Notes under the pieces: generated by a model
What the model was told of the DNA's origin: nothing
Databases searched by the model: none
Seen by the model: only the letters and a program-made list of their open reading frames with translations
Assembly: GCA_044222065.1 (NCBI GenBank)
Contig: JBGAOA010000006.1
Coordinates: 1-64,000 of the forward strand
Direction of reading: 5' to 3'
DNA from: Candidatus Eiseniibacteriota bacterium
GTDB lineage: Bacteria; Eisenbacteria; RBG-16-71-46
DNA length: 64,000 nt
Program-made: the position numbers and the translations under genes
In this document: piece after piece, positions 38,194 through 48,711 of the stretch
Numbering within the stretch: position 1 is the first letter of the stretch
How the letters are laid out: each line of letters begins with the position of its first letter

Positions 38194-39540
38194 ATGTCCT
38201 CGATTCCGTCCGAGGTCGCCGCGGCGCCGAACGCCGGCCGCGATCAGGCGCTGCGCGTCGCGATCCTGTTCCTGCTCGTGCTCGCGCTCCAGATTCCCTC
38301 GCTGTTCATGAGCTTCCTCGTCAACGAGCGCCGGCACCGACGCGACGAAGCCGCCGCGGAGATCGCATCCAAGTGGGGCGCGGCGCAGACGATCGCCGGC
38401 CCCGCGCTCATCGTGCCGTGGACGCGCCGCTGGAGCGACGTGAACGACAAGGGCGTCCGCCGCGAGCGCGAGTCCCGCGAGCGGCTCGTGCTGCTGCCCG
38501 AGTCGCTGCACGTCGCGTCGCGGCTCGACACGCAGACGCGCCGGCGCGGCATCTACGAGGTGCCGGTCTACCGCCTCGACGCGCGAATCGCGGGGCGGTT
38601 CGAGTCCGTGGACCTCGCGAAGCTCGGCGTGCCGCCCGAAAGCGTGGACTGGCCGCGCGCGGTGCTCGCGATCGGGATCAGCGACGTGCGCGCGCTGCAG
38701 GACCAGGTGCGCCTCGAGTGGGACGGGCGCTCGCTCGCGTGCGAGCCGGGGACCGAGGACACCGCCGAGCTCGGCGCCGGCATCCACGCCGAGCTGCCGC
38801 TCGACGGCCCGCCGTGGGGGCGCACGTTCGAGCTTCCCGTGAGGCTCAACGGAACGCGCGGCGCCTACTTCACGCCGTTCGGCCGGCAGACCACGGTCGA
38901 ACTCACCGGCGCCTGGAAGGACCCGAGCTTCCAGGGCAACTGGCTGCCGGTGACGCGTGCGCTCTCGGACACGGGCTTCCGCGCCGCGTGGAGCATCCCG
39001 TCGCTCGGCCGCAACTACCCGCAGGCGTGGCTCACCTCGCCCGGCGGGCCCGAGGCGATCCAGCGGTCGGCGTTCGGCGTGGACCTCGTGCCCGCGATCG
39101 ACGCCTACCGCCTGTGCGAGCGCACGGTGAAGTACGAACTGCTGTTCTTCGTCCTGACCTTCACGGCGTTCTGGCTGCTCGAAGTGCTCGGCGGCCGGCT
39201 GCTGCACCCGATCCAGTACGTGCTCATGGGCGCGGCGCTGTGCCTGTTCCTGATGCTCGAGCTGTCGCTGTCGGAGCACCTCGGCTTCGGCGGTGCGTAC
39301 GCGCTCGCGAGCGTCGCCGTCGTGGGGCTCATCGCGTTCTACGCGAGTGCCGTGCTCGGATCGCGCCTGCGCGCCGCACTCGTTGGCGCGGGGCTCGGGC
39401 TCCTGTACGCGTGCCACTACGTCGTGCTGCGGAACGAGGACTACGCGCTGCTGCTCGGCTCGCTGCTGTTCTTCGGCGCGCTCGTCGCGGTGATGGCCGC
39501 GACGCGGCGCATCAACTGGTACGGCACGGCGCGGCGCTGA
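38194..39540 (+). CDS. creD: Cell envelope integrity inner-membrane protein CreD
   Basis: ERR..KWGAAQTIAGP, RRRGIYEVPVY, WKDPSFQGNWLP, ERTVKY, LHPIQYVLMG, LSLSEH, EDYALLLGS, TRRINWY. Confidence 0.93.
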   Translation: MSSIPSEVAAAPNAGRDQALRVAILFLLVLALQIPSLFMSFLVNERRHRRDEAAAEIASKWGAAQTIAGPALIVPWTRRWSDVNDKGVRRERESRERLVLLPESLHVASRLDTQTRRRGIYEVPVYRLDARIAGRFESVDLAKLGVPPESVDWPRAVLAIGISDVRALQDQVRLEWDGRSLACEPGTEDTAELGAGIHAELPLDGPPWGRTFELPVRLNGTRGAYFTPFGRQTTVELTGAWKDPSFQGNWLPVTRALSDTGFRAAWSIPSLGRNYPQAWLTSPGGPEAIQRSAFGVDLVPAIDAYRLCERTVKYELLFFVLTFTAFWLLEVLGGRLLHPIQYVLMGAALCLFLMLELSLSEHLGFGGAYALASVAVVGLIAFYASAVLGSRLRAALVGAGLGLLYACHYVVLRNEDYALLLGSLLFFGALVAVMAATRRINWYGTARR

Positions 39541-39633
39541 CGCGCGGAACGCTCGGGCGGCGGGCGGCGTCCGGCGCGACGTCCGCCCCGCCGCCGCGCC
39601 CGCGCCGTGCGCTCGCGGCGGCCACCGCGGGGC

Positions 39634-42477
39634 TCAGCGCCAGGAGTACGTGAACACCGCCTGCGCGTAACGGCTCAGCGCGCGGTCGCGCGTGTCCTGC
39701 ACGTAGGTCTCGGTGAGGCTGCGGTTCACGCTGCGGTTCGCGTCGAGGACGTCGGTCACGGTGAAGCGCAGTTCGCCGCGCTCGCCCTTCAGGAACTTCT
39801 TCCCGAGCGTCGTATTCCACATCACGACGTCCTGCCCGTATGCCGAGGGCACGCCGCTCTGCAGCGCGTGCGTCAGTTCCTGCCGCACGACGAAGCCCTT
39901 GCCGACGACGGAATTGAAGCGGATCGCGGCGTTGTGGCTGAAGTAGTCGCCCGAGCTGCTCGTGCTGAGCGTGTTGCGCGCGATGTTGTAGCTCGCGAAG
40001 TACGACACGGTGAAGTCGAGGTTCTGGCTGATGTTGCTCGACAGCACCGCGCCGCTGCGGAGCGCCCACGTCGTGTTGAGGTTCGTCACGTCGTTGATCT
40101 TCGTCGGCGTGCGGTTGTACGACCCGCCGCCGTTGAGGGACAGCACGCTCTTGAGCAGCTTGAGCGGCCGGCTCACGACGCCGAACAGGTTTCCGTTCCA
40201 CGACTCGCCCAGGTTCACGGGCCGCGTGAGCTGCGTGCCGCGCGCGAGGAACACGCCGTCCACGGTCGTGTCGGCGAGCGCCGTGAACGTCGCGTTCGCG
40301 ATCGAGCGGGCCGTGCGCGACACGTTCGCGAACACGAAGCGGCTCTTCGACGCCATCGGCTCGGCTTCGGAGAAGCGCAGCGAGAAGTTGTTCGTGTAGG
40401 TCGGCCGCAGCGAGGGGTTCCCGGTCGTGAGCGACAGCGGGTTCGAGTTGTTCACGACGTTCTGCAGCTGCCCGATGTTCGGCGCGGCGGCCGACGTGCT
40501 CCACGCGAGTCGGAGGCTCCGGCGGTTCGCGAAGTTCCCCGTGAGCGTCACGGAGGGCAGTACGTCGCCGTACGTGCGGTCGATGCGCTGCGCGCCGGGG
40601 AAGGTCTGCTCGGATTCGAGCCGCTGGCTCTGGGCCGAGAGGTTCGTGAGCCAGCGCCACGGCCCCTTCGTGACGAGCATCGCGAGGCCGCCGTTCTGCA
40701 CCACGTTGCGGCTCGCGTACACGTTCGAGAGCGCCGAGTCGGGGCGGGTGTACGCGCCGCTCGCCGGATCGAGCGCGAACGTGCGCGCGTCGGCGTCGCT
40801 CTTCGAGAACGACGGGTTGTAGATCGCCTGCAGCTGCACGCTCTTCGACACCGGCTCGGTGAACGCCACGCGCGCCGACCACGAATCCGTCGTCGTCGTC
40901 GAGTTCGAGCGCTGGTCGAGCGTGTCGCGCGTCGTGGTCGAGCCCTCGTAGTTCGTCGTGAGCGAGTACTGGCCGCCGCCGCCGTCGCGGTCGTTGCGCG
41001 AGGAGTTCAGGTCCGCGCTCACGTTGCGGCCGCGCTTCGCGAAGCGGTGGCGAAGCGTCAGGCGTGCGGAGAGGTTGCCGCCGTCGTTCGTGTCGGTCAC
41101 GCGGCTCTCCGCCGCGCCGATCACGCCTCCGATCGTGGACAGGTTCGCGGCGGTGCCGAAGTTCGTCGCGTCGGTGCGCTGGAAGTAGGCGCGCGGCTGG
41201 AAGATCACCGAGTTGAGCGAGTCCGGAGTCCACTCGAGACGCGCATCCACGCGCTGGTTCGCGCTGCGATTGCCCGTCGTCGTGAGCTGGCGGTAGAACG
41301 CGAGCGAGTCCTGCGGCGGCACGTACTCGCGATCGAGCGACTGCAGGTTCTCGGTGTCGGTGTCGTTCACGAACACGCTCGAGCTGACCTGCACCTTCTT
41401 GCCCCACTGGCCGACGTAGTTGAAGCCGCCCGAGTGCGTCGTCGCGATGCCCGGCTGCTGGTCCACGAAGAAGCTGCTCGGATCGAATCCGCCGCCACCG
41501 CCGCCGCCCATGCGGATCATCTGCGGGCGGCCGCCGCCGGGACGGAAGCCGCCCGGACCGCCGTGCATGATGATGCGCGGGCCGCCGCCGCCGCCGCCCG
41601 AGCCGCTCATCGAGCCGAACAGGTCCTGCGGCGAGAAGTTCCGCTGGTTGATGTTGTTCGAGAGCCCGATCAGCGTGAAGCGCGTCGCGCCGCGCACCCA
41701 GGTCGCGTTTCCGCCCGTCTGGTAGCGCTCGTCGTCGCCGCCGCCCGCGTACACCTTGCCGAACGTCGCCTTCTGGTCGCGCAGGATGAAGTTCATCGTG
41801 CGCTGCGACTGCGTGTCGTCGAAGCCGCTGAACTCGGCCTGGTCGCTCATGCGGTCGTACACCTGGATGCGGTCCACGACCTCTGCCGGCAGGTTGCGCA
41901 TCGCCGCCGTCGGATCGCTGCCGAAGAACGGACGCCCGTTGACGAGCACCTGCTGCACGTTCTCGCCCTGCGCCTTCACCTGCCCGTTCTCCAGCGTCAC
42001 TCCGGGCAGCTTCTGCACGAGGTCCTCGGCCGTCGCGTCGCGATGGGTCTTCACCGCGCTCGCCCGGTACTCGGTCGTGTCGGCCTTCTGCGTCGCCGGC
42101 GCCGGCGACTCCTGCACCGTGATGGGCGCGAGCTCGATCGAACGCGGCGCGAGCTTCACGTCGCCGAGGTCGTGGTCGGGCTTCGTCACGCGCACGACCT
42201 GGTGGAGCGTCTCGTAGCCGAGCCGGGACGCCTCGAGCCGGTAGCTGTGCCTGCCGAGGCCCTTGAACTCGAACGCGCCGTCGTCACCGCCGGTCGCGCG
42301 CCGCACGTCGGACGTGTCGGCGAAGTTCGTGAGCTTGATCGCGACCCCGGGCACGGCCACGCCCGTCGACGCGTCCTTGAAGCGGCCGCGCAGCCTCGTG
42401 GTCTGGGCGGAAGCGAGCGAGGGAAGGACGAGCAGCGCGCAGGCCGCCACGAGCCAGTGGGAGCGGACGGGCATCAC
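39634..42477 (-). CDS. Outer-membrane beta-barrel protein (TonB-dependent-receptor-like) with N-terminal carboxypeptidase-regulatory-like domain
   Basis: Signal peptide; DTTEY..EDLVQKLPGV..VNGRPFFG.DP..A..NLPA plug-like region; GNPSLRP; aromatic-ended last strand VFTYSWR. Confidence 0.85.
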   Translation of the reverse strand: MMPVRSHWLVAACALLVLPSLASAQTTRLRGRFKDASTGVAVPGVAIKLTNFADTSDVRRATGGDDGAFEFKGLGRHSYRLEASRLGYETLHQVVRVTKPDHDLGDVKLAPRSIELAPITVQESPAPATQKADTTEYRASAVKTHRDATAEDLVQKLPGVTLENGQVKAQGENVQQVLVNGRPFFGSDPTAAMRNLPAEVVDRIQVYDRMSDQAEFSGFDDTQSQRTMNFILRDQKATFGKVYAGGGDDERYQTGGNATWVRGATRFTLIGLSNNINQRNFSPQDLFGSMSGSGGGGGGPRIIMHGGPGGFRPGGGRPQMIRMGGGGGGGFDPSSFFVDQQPGIATTHSGGFNYVGQWGKKVQVSSSVFVNDTDTENLQSLDREYVPPQDSLAFYRQLTTTGNRSANQRVDARLEWTPDSLNSVIFQPRAYFQRTDATNFGTAANLSTIGGVIGAAESRVTDTNDGGNLSARLTLRHRFAKRGRNVSADLNSSRNDRDGGGGQYSLTTNYEGSTTTRDTLDQRSNSTTTTDSWSARVAFTEPVSKSVQLQAIYNPSFSKSDADARTFALDPASGAYTRPDSALSNVYASRNVVQNGGLAMLVTKGPWRWLTNLSAQSQRLESEQTFPGAQRIDRTYGDVLPSVTLTGNFANRRSLRLAWSTSAAAPNIGQLQNVVNNSNPLSLTTGNPSLRPTYTNNFSLRFSEAEPMASKSRFVFANVSRTARSIANATFTALADTTVDGVFLARGTQLTRPVNLGESWNGNLFGVVSRPLKLLKSVLSLNGGGSYNRTPTKINDVTNLNTTWALRSGAVLSSNISQNLDFTVSYFASYNIARNTLSTSSSGDYFSHNAAIRFNSVVGKGFVVRQELTHALQSGVPSAYGQDVVMWNTTLGKKFLKGERGELRFTVTDVLDANRSVNRSLTETYVQDTRDRALSRYAQAVFTYSWR

Positions 42478-42653
42478 GGGTTCCTCGATGGAGAGCGACG
42501 GATTCGGAAGCCGGGGACTCTAGCGGAACGCGCCGGCGCACGTCGCGCCGGCGTGCGCCGCGATCGCGGACCCGGCGACCCGCCGGCGGCCGGTCGGGCG
42601 AGTAGACGCGACGGAGCGTGGCAGGGTTGGGTCCCCGGAGGATGAACGCGGCC

Positions 42654-42703
42654 CGGAACGCCGCGGGCGCGGGAGAGGCCTCCCGCGCCCGCGCGCCGTT
42701 CCG
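42654..42703. terminator. Long hairpin downstream of the RND permease
   Basis: GCGGGCGCGGGAG / CTCCCGCGCCCGC stem extended by CGGAAC / GTTCCG; no U-tract. Confidence 0.5.
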
Positions 42704-42716
42704 GATGCGTCGCGAC

Positions 42717-45700
42717 TCAGGCCGTCACGGGCTCCGCTTCCGCCGGCGAAGGCTCGAGCACCGGCTCGAGCGCTTCGTCGCGCGCGTGCGTCTTCGCCAC
42801 GACGGTGTAGATCGCCGGGACGACGAACAGCGTGAAGACGGTGCCGATGATCATGCCGGTCACGAGCGTGATGCCGATGCTGTTGCGCGCGCCCGCGCCC
42901 GGGCCGCGCGCGATGATGAGCGGCAGGTGGCCGAACACGGTCGCCGCCGTCGTCATGAGGATCGGACGGAGTCGCGTCGCGGCGGCCTCGGTGACCGCGC
43001 GCCCCTTGTCGAGCCCGGTGCGCTGGAGCGTGTTCGCGAACTCGACGATCAGGATGCCGTTCTTCGCCACGAGCCCCACGAGCGTGATGAGTCCGATCTG
43101 GCTGTAGATGTTGAGCGACGTGAAGCCGAGGAACGTGAACAGCAGCGCGCCCGTGAGCGCGAGCGGCGCCGACCCCGTCATGATGACGATCGGGTCGCGG
43201 AAGCTCTCGAACTGCGCCGCGAGCACGAGACCGATGAGGATCGCCGACAGCAGGAAGACGGGCAGGAACTTGCCGCCCTCCGTGCGCAGCTGGCGCGACT
43301 CGCCGGCGAAGTCGACCGTGTAGCCGGTCGGCAGGATCTTGCGCGCCTCGGTCTCGAGGTACGTGAGCGCCTGGTCGAGCGGCACCGGCGGCGGGATCAC
43401 GCCCTGGATGCGCACCGCGTTCAGCTGCTGGAAGCGCTTGAGCTCGCGCGGCTCGGTCGTGGTCTTGAGCGTCGCGAACGTGGACAGCGGCACGAGCTTT
43501 CCGCCCGGGCCCGTCACGTACACCTGTTCGAGCTGTTCGGGCGTGAGGCGCTCCGCGCGCTTGATCTGCGGGATCACCTTGTAGCTGCGCCCCTGGATGC
43601 TGAACCGGTTGACGAAGTTTCCGCCCAGCATCGTCGAGAGGTCGCGGCCCGCCTGGCCCATGTCCACACCGAGCGAGCGGACCTTGTCGCGATCGAACAC
43701 GACCTCGGCCTGCGGCTGGTCGAACTTCAGATCGGTGTCCACGTACATGAACATGCCGCTCGCGTACGCCTTCTGGACGAGCTGGTTCGCGATGTCGGCG
43801 AGCTGCTTCGGCTCGGCCGTCGAGGCGATGACGATGTCCACGGGGAAGCTGCCGCCGCCGGGGAGCGCGGGCGGGGTCACGGAGATCACGCGAATGCCGG
43901 GGATGCGCGACATCTTGCCCGTGACTTCCATGTTGATCGCGGACGTCGGGCGCTTCCGCTCCGACCACGGCTTCGTGACCATGCCGCCGAAGCCGCCGGT
44001 CGGGAACGTGATCTGGAACGTGTTCTTCATCTCGGGCGTGGACTTGTACGCCTCGAACATGCCGGTCGTGAACAGGCGCGTCTGATCGAGCGTCGCGTTC
44101 GGCGCGGCCTGCACGATGCCGAACACGACGCTCTGGTCCTCGGCCGGAGCGAGCTCCTTCTGCGAGAACATGTAGAAGGGCACCATCAGCAGCACGACGA
44201 TGAGCCACAGCGTGAGCACGACCGGGCGGTGGCGCAGCGTGCCCGCGAGCGCGCTCGAGTAGCCGTCGCGGACCTTGTCGAACTGGCGGTTCACGAAGCC
44301 GGCGAAGCCGCGTTCGCTGTCGCCCGCGCGCAGCAGCCGCGACCCCATCATGGGCGAGAGCGTGAGCGCCACGATGCCCGACACGATGACGGCGCCCGCG
44401 AGCGTGAACGCGAACTCGCGGAAGAGCGAGCCCGTGAGGCCGCCCTGGATGCCGATCGGCGTGTACACCGCGGCGAGCGTGATCGTCATCGCGATGATCG
44501 GCCCGATCAGTTCTCGGGCGGCGAGGATCGCGGCGTCGAACGGCTTCCGGCCCTCGTGCACGTGTCGTTCGATGTTCTCGACCATGACGATCGCGTCGTC
44601 CACGACGAGTCCGACCGACAGCACGATCGCGAGCAGCGTGAGCAGGTTGATCGTGAAGCCTGCCACGTTCATCAGGAACACGGCGCCGATGAGCGAGATC
44701 GGGATCGCGACGACTGGGATCACGAGCCCCCGGACCGATCCGATGAAGAGGAAGATCACGACGACGACGATGAGCAGCGTCTCGGTGAGCGTCTTCAGCA
44801 CCTCGTGGATCGCGTCCTCGATGTTCTCGGTCGCGTCGTACGGGATGCCGGCCGTCATGCCCACGGGCAGCTCGGCCTGCACGTCCTTCATCGCCTCGCG
44901 CACGCGGTGGATGACGTCGAGCGAGTTCGCGGTCGGCAGCACCCAGATGCCCATGAACGTCGCGGTCTCGCCGTTGAAGCGCACTTCGGTGTCGTAGTCC
45001 TCGGCGCCCAGCACGACGTCGGCGACGTCGCCGAGCCGCACGATGTCGTCGCCTTCCTGCTTCACGATGAGCTGACGGAACTCGTCGGGCGTCTTGAGGT
45101 CGGTGTTCGCGACCAGGTTCACCGACGTCATCGTGCCCTTCGTGCGTCCGAGGGCCGAGAGGTAGTTGTTCTGCGACAGGGCGGTCCACACCTGCGTCGG
45201 CGACAGCCCGCGCGCCGCCATGAGGTTCGGCTTGAGCCAGATGCGCATCGCGAACGTGCGGCCGCCGAGGATGTCGGCGCGCTGCACGCCGCTCACGGCC
45301 GAGAGCCGCGGCTGGACGACGCGCACGAGGTAGTCGCTGATCTGGTTCTGGTCGAGGTCCTTCGACGCGAACCCGAGGTACATCGAGGCGAACTCGGAGT
45401 CCGCCGTCTGCACTTCGATCACGGGCGCCTGCGCCTCGGGCGGGAGGTCGTTGCGCACCTGAGCGACCTTCGCCTGGATCTGGGTCAGCGCGGCGTTCGT
45501 GTCGTAGTTGAGCTTCAGGTGCACGGTGATCGTGCTGACGCTCTGAGCGCTCGAGGACTCCATGTAGTCGATGCCGTCGGCGCTCGCGATGACGCGCTCG
45601 AGCGGCGTCGTGATGAAGCCGCGCACGAGATCGGCATTCGCGCCGACGTACACGGTGGACACGGTGACGACCGCCATGTCGCTGCGCGGGAACTGCCGAA

Positions 45701-45800
45701 CGCTGAGCGAGCGGATGGACTGGAGCCCCGCGATCAGGATGACGAGGTTGACGACGATCGCGAGGACCGGCCGGCGGATGAAGAGATCGGTGAACTTCAT
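42717..45800 (-). CDS. RND efflux permease subunit (MexW/MexI-like)
   Basis: MKFTDLFIRRPVLA, GLVVDDAIV, AAQFES, KNGILIVEFAN, RLRPILMTT. Confidence 0.95.
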   Translation of the reverse strand: MKFTDLFIRRPVLAIVVNLVILIAGLQSIRSLSVRQFPRSDMAVVTVSTVYVGANADLVRGFITTPLERVIASADGIDYMESSSAQSVSTITVHLKLNYDTNAALTQIQAKVAQVRNDLPPEAQAPVIEVQTADSEFASMYLGFASKDLDQNQISDYLVRVVQPRLSAVSGVQRADILGGRTFAMRIWLKPNLMAARGLSPTQVWTALSQNNYLSALGRTKGTMTSVNLVANTDLKTPDEFRQLIVKQEGDDIVRLGDVADVVLGAEDYDTEVRFNGETATFMGIWVLPTANSLDVIHRVREAMKDVQAELPVGMTAGIPYDATENIEDAIHEVLKTLTETLLIVVVVIFLFIGSVRGLVIPVVAIPISLIGAVFLMNVAGFTINLLTLLAIVLSVGLVVDDAIVMVENIERHVHEGRKPFDAAILAARELIGPIIAMTITLAAVYTPIGIQGGLTGSLFREFAFTLAGAVIVSGIVALTLSPMMGSRLLRAGDSERGFAGFVNRQFDKVRDGYSSALAGTLRHRPVVLTLWLIVVLLMVPFYMFSQKELAPAEDQSVVFGIVQAAPNATLDQTRLFTTGMFEAYKSTPEMKNTFQITFPTGGFGGMVTKPWSERKRPTSAINMEVTGKMSRIPGIRVISVTPPALPGGGSFPVDIVIASTAEPKQLADIANQLVQKAYASGMFMYVDTDLKFDQPQAEVVFDRDKVRSLGVDMGQAGRDLSTMLGGNFVNRFSIQGRSYKVIPQIKRAERLTPEQLEQVYVTGPGGKLVPLSTFATLKTTTEPRELKRFQQLNAVRIQGVIPPPVPLDQALTYLETEARKILPTGYTVDFAGESRQLRTEGGKFLPVFLLSAILIGLVLAAQFESFRDPIVIMTGSAPLALTGALLFTFLGFTSLNIYSQIGLITLVGLVAKNGILIVEFANTLQRTGLDKGRAVTEAAATRLRPILMTTAATVFGHLPLIIARGPGAGARNSIGITLVTGMIIGTVFTLFVVPAIYTVVAKTHARDEALEPVLEPSPAEAEPVTA

Positions 45801-46927
45801 CAGCTGTCTTCCGGCTTCGGCGCGGCGCTGTTGCTCGGCGTCACGGCGTTGTTCACGACGACGGAGGCGCCGGTGCGCAGCTTGAACACGCCCGACGTCA
45901 CGATCTCCTGTCCGGCCTTCACGCCGTCGAGGATCGCGACCTGGTCGCCGCGCGCCGGGCCGATCTTCACGAACTGCTGGCGCACGCCCTTGTAGGACTT
46001 GCCGTCCGGACCCTTCATGTCCTCGATGATGAAGACCGAGTTTCCGTAAGGCGCGTAGTTGATCGCCGTCGTCGGCAGCGCAACGACGGGCTTCGCGCTG
46101 CCCACGACGACGTGCACGGTGACGAACATGCCGGGGCGCAGCGCGCCGCCGACGTTGCGGAACGTCGCCTGCACTCTCACGTTCCGCGTGTCGCCGTCCA
46201 CGACCGGGTTCACCGCCGTGATGCGCCCGGACGCGAGCTCGCGCTCGCCGTCCTCGCCGTGCGCGTGCACGACCGCCCCCGTCTTGAGATCGCCGACCTG
46301 CTGCTGCGGCACGGCGAAGTCCACGTAGATCGGGTCGCGCGACTGGAGCGGCACGATCGGGTCGCCGCTGTTCACGTACTGGCCGAGGTTCACCTGACGG
46401 ATGCCGGCCACACCCGAGAACGGCGCGCGGATCGTCTTGCGCTGGATCGTGGCTTCCACGCCGGCGACGGTTGCCTCCGCCTGACGGAACAGCGCCTCGA
46501 CCTGGTCGAACTCGGCCTGCGCGATCGCCTGCGTGTCGAGCAGCCGGCGCGAGCGGTCGAGGTTCGCCTTCGCGAGCTGCAGGTTCGCCTGTGCCGCCGC
46601 GAGCGCCGCCCGTTCCTGGCGCGTGTCGAGCGTGACGAGCGTCTGTCCCGCGCCGACCGGCCGTCCGGACTCGAACGCGATGCGGTCCACGACGCCCGGG
46701 AGGTCGGCCGCGAGCGTGACGCCCTGCACGGGCTCCACGGTCCCGACGGCTTCGAGCGTTCCTTCCCAGCGGTCCTGCTTCGCGACCACGGACGTCACGC
46801 TCTCGGGCGGGGCCGACCACGACTTGCCGGCCGCGATCGCGGCCTGGATCTGCTGGAACTTCACGAACCCCAGGATGGCGACGACGATGAGGACCGCCGT
46901 CAGCATCTGGAACATGCGCTTGCTCAT
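45800..46927 (-). CDS. RND efflux periplasmic adaptor (membrane fusion protein)
   Basis: IRAPFSGVAGIRQVNLGQYV, LRPGMF, IVTSGVFKL; stop overlaps the permease start (TGATG). Confidence 0.95.
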   Translation of the reverse strand: MSKRMFQMLTAVLIVVAILGFVKFQQIQAAIAAGKSWSAPPESVTSVVAKQDRWEGTLEAVGTVEPVQGVTLAADLPGVVDRIAFESGRPVGAGQTLVTLDTRQERAALAAAQANLQLAKANLDRSRRLLDTQAIAQAEFDQVEALFRQAEATVAGVEATIQRKTIRAPFSGVAGIRQVNLGQYVNSGDPIVPLQSRDPIYVDFAVPQQQVGDLKTGAVVHAHGEDGERELASGRITAVNPVVDGDTRNVRVQATFRNVGGALRPGMFVTVHVVVGSAKPVVALPTTAINYAPYGNSVFIIEDMKGPDGKSYKGVRQQFVKIGPARGDQVAILDGVKAGQEIVTSGVFKLRTGASVVVNNAVTPSNSAAPKPEDS

Positions 46928-47331
46928 GAACGATGGATCCCCGCTAGCGGAGGGTGGAGGAGGAGAGGGTGGCGCGTGAGGCGGGGCCACCGCTGCGGCG
47001 ACCGTCCCGGTCCCCTGTGCAAGAGGGTGCGGCGCGGGAGGCGGAGCGACGCGTCAGTCGAGGTGCGCAAGCCCTAGGGATGCGCGCCGGTGGAGCCGGA
47101 TTCGGCCCGGATCGGACTCCTTCTTCGTCCGGGCGGGCACCGCGCCGGAGCGAGCGCGGAACTCTACCACCGGAGGCCGCGCGATCGGAGGCCGGAATGG
47201 ACGATCGCGGGCCCGCCGCAGCCGAACGCCGAACGAACCCGGAACGCCCCGCATGGCCGCATCTGGGGTAGGGCCGGTAGAGTGCCGCGCCGGCCCGCTC
47301 CGTCGCCGAGTCCGACCCGAGGTGAACCCGC

Positions 47332-48018
47332 GTGAACGTCGCTTCCGAATGGTGGCTGCTCCGGCACGGCGAGACCGAATGGAATCGCGCGGGCCGGCTC
47401 CAGGGGCGCGACGATTCGCCGCTCACGGCCGATGGCCGTGCGGCCGCGGAGGCGCTCGCTCGCGCGTGCGCCGGCCTGGGCGCGGCGCGGCTCTGGACGA
47501 GCCCGCTCGGACGCGCACGCGCGACGGCCGAACGGATCGGCCGAGCGTGCGGGCTCGATCCCGAGCCGCACGAGGCGCTCGCCGAGATGTCGTTCGGCGA
47601 GTGCGCGGGGCTCACGCTCGACGAAGTGCGCGCGCGCCATCCGGGCCTGTTCGACGCGCGCGCGCGCGACCGCTGGCGACACCGCTGGCCCGGCGGCGAG
47701 AGCTACGAGGACGTGTGCGCGCGCGTGCGCGCGTGGCTCGATCTCGCGGGACCGCTCGCGAGCGCGAAGCCGGCGATCGTCGTCGCGCACCAGATCGTGA
47801 ACCGCGCGCTGCTCGTGGCGCTCGGCGCGTGCGCGCGCGATGCGGCGATGGCGAGCGAGCAGTCGGCGAACGTGATCGTGCGGCTCGAGGCGGGCGGCCC
47901 GCTCGCGCACGCCCGGCTCGACGCCGCGGAGACGTCGGCCGCCCTCGCGTGGCGGCCGGGAGCCCCCGCGGTCGCCGACGGCACCGACGCGGCGCTCGCG
48001 ACCCAGCGCCTCGTCTGA
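47332..48018 (+). CDS. Histidine phosphatase family protein
   Basis: LRHGETEWN, SPLGRA, EMSFG, PGGES, VVAH. Confidence 0.9.
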   Translation: MNVASEWWLLRHGETEWNRAGRLQGRDDSPLTADGRAAAEALARACAGLGAARLWTSPLGRARATAERIGRACGLDPEPHEALAEMSFGECAGLTLDEVRARHPGLFDARARDRWRHRWPGGESYEDVCARVRAWLDLAGPLASAKPAIVVAHQIVNRALLVALGACARDAAMASEQSANVIVRLEAGGPLAHARLDAAETSAALAWRPGAPAVADGTDAALATQRLV

Positions 48019-48117
48019 ACGACGCGCGGTCGGCGCGTTTCGGGGTTGTCGGACGGCGGCCGGCCCCGCTAGCTTCGCCGCTCCCGGCGTTCCTCGCGCC
48101 GTGGTCCGGAGGTCTTC

Positions 48118-48711
48118 TTGTCCGACGCCCCCAAGCCCGCCGGCGCTCTCGAATCCACGGCGTTCCTGCTCGACCGGGTCCGCGGCGGGGACGATCGCGC
48201 CCGGGAACGCCTCGTCGCCCGCTTCCTGCCGCTGCTTCGCCGCTGGGCTCAGGGCCGGCTCCCGGCCCGCGCCCGCGGGCTCGCCGACACCGACGACCTC
48301 GTGCAGGTTTCGCTGCTCCGCGCGTTGGAGCACGTGAACGACTTCGAAGTCCGTCGCGAGGGGGCGTTCCTCGCCTACCTGCGCCGCATCCTCGTGAACG
48401 CCCTGCGCGACGAAATCCGCCGTTCGACCCGCCGCGCGAGCGAACCGCTCGACGGGAGGGACGTCGCTTCGCCCGACGCCTCGCTCATCGAGCAGCAGAT
48501 CGGCCGGGACGTCGTCGAGACCTACGAGGCCGCGCTCGAGCGGCTCACGGAAGCGCAGCAGGAGGCGGTGATCATGCGGCTCGAATTCGGGTACGGCTAC
48601 CCGCAGATCGCGGAGACGTTCGGTGACACGACGCCGAACGCCGTGCGGATGCTCGTCTCGCGCGCGCTCGTGCGGCTCGCCGAAGAGATGGAGAAGCACC
48701 GTGACGGATGA
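48118..48711 (+). CDS. ECF RNA polymerase sigma factor (Ser/Thr-kinase-associated type)
   Basis: GGAGG then TTG; region 2 (DTDDLVQ..FLAYLRRILVNALRD) and region 4 (LERLT..QQEAVIMR..YPQIAE..AVRMLVSRAL). Confidence 0.92.
   Translation: MSDAPKPAGALESTAFLLDRVRGGDDRARERLVARFLPLLRRWAQGRLPARARGLADTDDLVQVSLLRALEHVNDFEVRREGAFLAYLRRILVNALRDEIRRSTRRASEPLDGRDVASPDASLIEQQIGRDVVETYEAALERLTEAQQEAVIMRLEFGYGYPQIAETFGDTTPNAVRMLVSRALVRLAEEMEKHRDG

Noticed and set aside
41490..41605. (GCC)n runs
   Set aside because: They encode Gly-rich loops within the outer-membrane protein; ordinary low complexity.
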